Shown here piece by piece: positions 60,196 through 64,000 of a DNA stretch of 64,000 bases. Position 1 is the first letter of the stretch. The number at the start of each line of letters is the position of its first letter. Position numbers and translations under genes: made by a program. This stretch comes from an uncultured Actinomycetota bacterium (GTDB taxonomy: Bacteria > Actinomycetota > Actinomycetes > Mycobacteriales > SCTD01), in contig CAWASC010000012.1 of the NCBI GenBank assembly GCA_963784705.1, forward strand, positions 210,400 through 274,399, in the 5' to 3' direction. The notes below the pieces were generated by a model, which searched no databases, was not told where the DNA came from, and was given only the letters and a program-made list of their open reading frames with translations.

Positions 60196-60331
60196 CCACG
60201 TCGCCTGAGGTACCTCTCGCCGAACCGGGCGTCGTGGGGCATCCTGGGCGCACAGCCGAACGGGACGTCACCTAGCGTCATCAGGCGTCGACCGGTCGGC
60301 ATCACCGGAGACCTCCTGAACGGGGCAGGAC

Positions 60332-63300
60332 ATGAGCGGTGACGGCGGGCCCGCCACACCCTCTGACGCGTCCTCCCGTGCGCCGCTGGTCGGAGTGCTC
60401 CGCCACCGCGAGTTCGGGGCGCTGTTCACCGCGCACCTGCTGTCGCTGCTCGGTGACCGGCTCGCTGCGGTCGCCATCACCGTGCTCGTCTTCGACCGCT
60501 CCGGGTCGGTCCTGGCCGCGGCCGCGGCGTACGCCACCTCGTTGTTGCCGTGGCTGCTCGGCGCTCCGTTCCTCGCCGCCCTCGGCGACCGCTGGTCGCG
60601 CCGTCGGGTGATGCTGCTCTGCGACGCCGCCCGCGCCGTCCTCGTGCTCGGCCTGGCCGTCCCCGGCGCCCCGCTGCCGGTGCTGCTCGTGCTGCTCACC
60701 GCGGTGGCGTGGCTGGGACCGCCGTTCGAGGCAGCCCGAGCCGCCACGTTGCCGCTCGTGCTGCCGCGGGAGCAGGAGTACGTCGCCGGGAGCGCGCTGA
60801 CGATGCTCAGCAACCAGGGCAGCCAGGTGCTCGGCCTGGCCGGTGGAGGGCTGCTGCTGCTGTGGGTCAGCACGACGCAGGCGCTGCTCGTCGACTGCGC
60901 GACGTTCGTGCTCAGCGGCCTGCTCATCAGGGCGTTCGTCGTCGCCCGCCCGGCGGTGGCCGCAGGGTCCACCGACCTGCCGGTGTCGCTGTGGACCTCC
61001 GTCGTCGACGGCGGGCGGCTCACCTTCGGTCAGCCCCTCCTCCGCACCTCCCTGCTGCTGGCCTGGGTGATGGCGGCGCTGACCGTGCTGCCCGAGGGGC
61101 TCGCCGTCGCCGCGACCGCACGAACGCACGCCCCCGTCGCCTCCACGGGCATCCTCATGGCCGCGGTCCCCCTCGGGGCAGCGCTGGGCGCGGTCCTGCT
61201 CACACGACTGCCTCGCCAGCGGGACCGGCTGGTCCTCCCCGTCGCGGCGTTCGGGCTGCTGTGCCTGGCGGTGAGTGCCGTCGACCTCCCCTGGCCGGCC
61301 GTTGCCGTTCTCTGGGTCGGCGTCGGGGTCGGGGCCTCGGTGCAGCTTCCGCTGAGTGCCACGTTCATGCGCGCGGTCCCCGACGCCTTCCGCGGGAGGG
61401 CCTTCGGCCTGGCCCAGAGCGGGTTGATGGCGGGGCAGGGCATCGCGCTCGTCCTCGCCGGTGCGCTCGCGCAGTGGCAGGGGCTGGCGCTGCCCCTGCT
61501 CCTCGCCGGGGCGACCGGACTGCTGCTCCTGATCCCCCTGGGGCGGTCGTGGTCGCGAGTCCGGGCACTCACCGCGGAGACCTGGTGGCGGCCCTCGTCG
61601 GTGGATGCCTGGATCGCCACGGTCGCGGTGCTGGCCTCGGTCGCCGCGACGCTGGAGCTGCTGCTGCTCGACGTCCGGCCGGCGCCGTACCAGCTGCCCG
61701 CCTGGGTGCTGGGCGTGGTCTTCGCGGTGACCGGGTCGTACGTCGCCTCCGTGCGCATCGGTCGGCAGGCGCACGTGTTCCAGCTCGACGACCTCCCCCG
61801 ACTGGTCGGCCTGGTCTTCCTCACGCCGGCGGGACTGCTCGGCGCCCGCGTCCTGGGGGCGTTGGCCGCGCTGGTGGTCGTCCGCCGTCAGCGGGGGCGC
61901 AAGCTGGTGTTCAACCTGGCCAGCTTCACGCTGGAGGTGGCGGTCGCCCTCGCGGTGTTCCGGGCTCTGGACCCTGGCGGCATGGGCCCTTCGGTGTGGC
62001 CGGCGGCCCTCGCCGCGACTGTCCTGGCCGACCTGGTCTCGGCCTGGACGGTAGGCGTGGTCATCGGGCTCGCCGAGGGGGACCTGCGCGTGCGACGGGT
62101 CCTCACCACGGACCGGATGGCCCTCGGTACGGCGCTCGCCGCAGCCACGGTCGGGATGATCGCCGTGACAACCCTGTGGTTCGACCGGCGCTCCGGACTG
62201 CTCGTGCTGCTGCTGGTGGGCCTCGGGATGCTGGGCCTGCGCGCCTACGCGCGGTTGGCGGCGGAGGGACAGGCGCAGCGCGACCTGCAGCTGTTCGTGG
62301 ACGACCTGGGCAACCTCGAGCCGCAGCGACCGTCGTGGGAGGCGTCGTTGCAGCGGGCGCGCGAGCTGCTGGCCGTGGAGCTGCTCGCCGTCTGGCTGGC
62401 GCCCGCGCCGGACGCCCCCCTGGTCGGCTGGTTCAGCGTCCGCGCACCCGGCGGGGAGGTCACGGTGACCGCCGAGGACCTCGACCAGCTGAGGCAACAG
62501 GGCGCCGCGCCGTCCCTGCGCGGTCGGCTGAGGTCACGCGTCGCGCGTCTGGGGGCGGTCCGGGTCTCCGCTCCCGCACCTGGTGGCCCCCATCGCCGGC
62601 GCCGACGCGAAGGCCTGGGACAACGAGCTGGCGCGCCAGGGCGTCGTCGTGGCGGTGGCGCCCCTCGGCGGCCGCCGGAGCTTCACCGACGCCGAGGTCG
62701 AGCTGATGGACACGGTCGCCGCGCTCCTCAGTCAAGCGGTACGCCGCGTCGACCAGCGGCACCGGATCCTGCTCGACGCCACGCGCGACAGCCTCACCGG
62801 GGTGGCGTCGCTGTCCGACCTGCGCACGCGCGCGACGACCCTGCTGCGCACGGGGGTGCCGGCCGCGGTGCTGATGGTCAACCTGGACCGGCTCCGGGCG
62901 GTCAACGACGTGTTCGGCCGACAGACCGGGGATGTGCTGATCGCGACCGCGGCCGAGCGCCTGGGGCGGCTGCTTCCCGAGGGCAGCGTCCTGGGACGGG
63001 TCAGTGGGCACCACTTCGCCTGCGTGGTCGCGCTGGAGGAGGCCACCCCCCGCCCCCTGGCGCGCCGCCTGCGCGCTGCGCTCGAGCAGCCCATGCGGAC
63101 CGAGGGCGTCGAGGCCGAGATCGGGGTGCACATCGGGATCAGCCTCGCGCCCGAGCACGGCGAGGAGATCGACCTGCTCCTGCGTCGCGCCGAGACCGCG
63201 GGTGACGCAGCCAAGGACGACCCGTTCGGGGTCGCGGAGTTCGCGCACGACCTCGAGCAGGACGTCGCGCGACCCCTGCGGCTGGTGCGCGACCTCCGCG

Positions 63301-64000
63301 CCGCGCTGGACCTGCCCGGGCAGCTGAGCATGCACTACCAGCCGAAGCAGTCCCTGCTGACCGGTGAGGTGCTCGGGGTGGAGGCGCTGCTGCGGTGGAC
63401 GCACCCCGAGCTCGGGAACGTCCCTCCGGACGAGTTCATCGAGCTGGCGGAGAGCACGGGTCTGATCCTCGAGATCACCGACCTGACCCTCGAGCACTCG
63501 CTGCGGCAGTCCCGGGACTGGCAGCTCGCTGGGCTGCCCGCGAACGTCGCGGTGAACCTCTCGGCCCGCACGCTCCTGGACAACGACCTGGTCCGCCGGG
63601 TCGCTGCGGCCCTCGAGCGGCACCAGGTCCCGCCGGGCGCGCTGACCCTCGAGCTGACCGAGACGAGCGTCATGGCGCAGCCGTTGCGGTCCGTGCTCAT
63701 GCTCGACGCCCTCAGCGAGCTGGGCGTCCAGCTGTCGATCGACGACTTCGGGTCGGGTTACTCCAACCTCATGTACCTGAGACAGCTGCCCGTGCAGGAG
63801 GTGAAGCTCGATCGTGGCTTCCTGAGCACCCTGCCGGGCGAGGCACCCCTTGGCCAGGGGGGCACCCGCGCCTTCGAGTTCCTCCGCCACGCCATCGCGC
63901 TCGTGCACTCACTCGGGCTGTACGTCGTCGTCGAGGGCGTGGAGGACGAGATGTCGCTCCAGGCACTCACCGTGCTGGGCGCTGACTCCGCCCAGGGGTA
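60332..64000 (+). pseudogene. MFS transporter fused to polytopic membrane domain-GAF-like-degenerate GGDEF-EAL; one frameshift; 3' end beyond the window
   Basis: Frame 2 (track ORF 60332..63205) encodes about 405 aa of MFS (…FGALFTAHLLSLLGDRLAAVAITVLVF…). With no stop, it continues into a second set of TM helices and a linker up to about 62555. From 62556 the coding frame is frame 0, which is absent from the track because it has no stop before 64000: ...[54 protein letters not shown] (GAF-like end), then DSLTGVASL...GRVSGHHFACV (GGDEF replaced by SGHHF, 63003-63017), then YQPK...EALLRW (63381-63389)...DDFGSGYS...KLDR...EGVE. The break lies at the G5 run 62551-62555. Confidence 0.7.

Overview
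This is a 64-kb, very GC-rich, densely coding chromosomal segment; codon third positions are almost all G/C, as in a high-GC actinobacterium. About 65 genes are supportable, and many are linked by 1- or 4-nt start/stop overlaps (ATGA, GTGA, TGATG). The backbone is a conserved actinobacterial core. It runs manB, Trm112, SIS isomerase, MerR-ahcY, mtrA-mtrB-lpqB, comF-like, hpf, secA, then HTH, SAF and ssd. From memory this matches the M. tuberculosis Rv3240c-Rv3257c and Rv3660c neighbourhoods.

Blocks of more interest are inserted between the core genes:
- 11.8-22.8 kb: a co-directional block in which eight genes are translationally coupled. It combines a Liv-type ABC importer, three serine hydrolases (two secreted and lipase-like), a PucR regulator and an acyl-CoA ligase.
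- 8.0-9.7 kb: a divergent, frameshifted adenosylhomocysteinase-like paralog lacking catalytic Lys and Asp, coupled to an unknown gene.
- 22.8-25.7 kb: a small accessory islet with a frameshifted DUF222/HNH endonuclease gene, a near-consensus promoter and about 490 bp of unexplained, structured non-coding DNA.
- 25.7-33.1 kb: an RDD / SpoIIM-like / DUF58-MoxR-DUF4350-DUF4129 / membrane-protein neighbourhood of unknown function.
- 38.9-43.0 kb: a PspC-domain kinase and LuxR regulator envelope-stress module.
- 59.8 kb to the window end: a stand-alone Hpt protein next to an MFS-polytopic-GAF-degenerate GGDEF-EAL fusion that runs off the window.

Two window-wide patterns stand out. At least seven +/-1 frame breaks occur, most at G-runs, so either the assembly has homopolymer errors or these are real pseudogenes. 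Many perfect in-frame 12/15/18-bp tandem repeats sit inside genes, including manB and secA, and a 13-bp x5 repeat fills one intergenic gap.

I found no rRNA, tRNA, CRISPR array, transposase or integrase. All product calls rest on motif and family recognition by eye and on remembered synteny. No database search was run.
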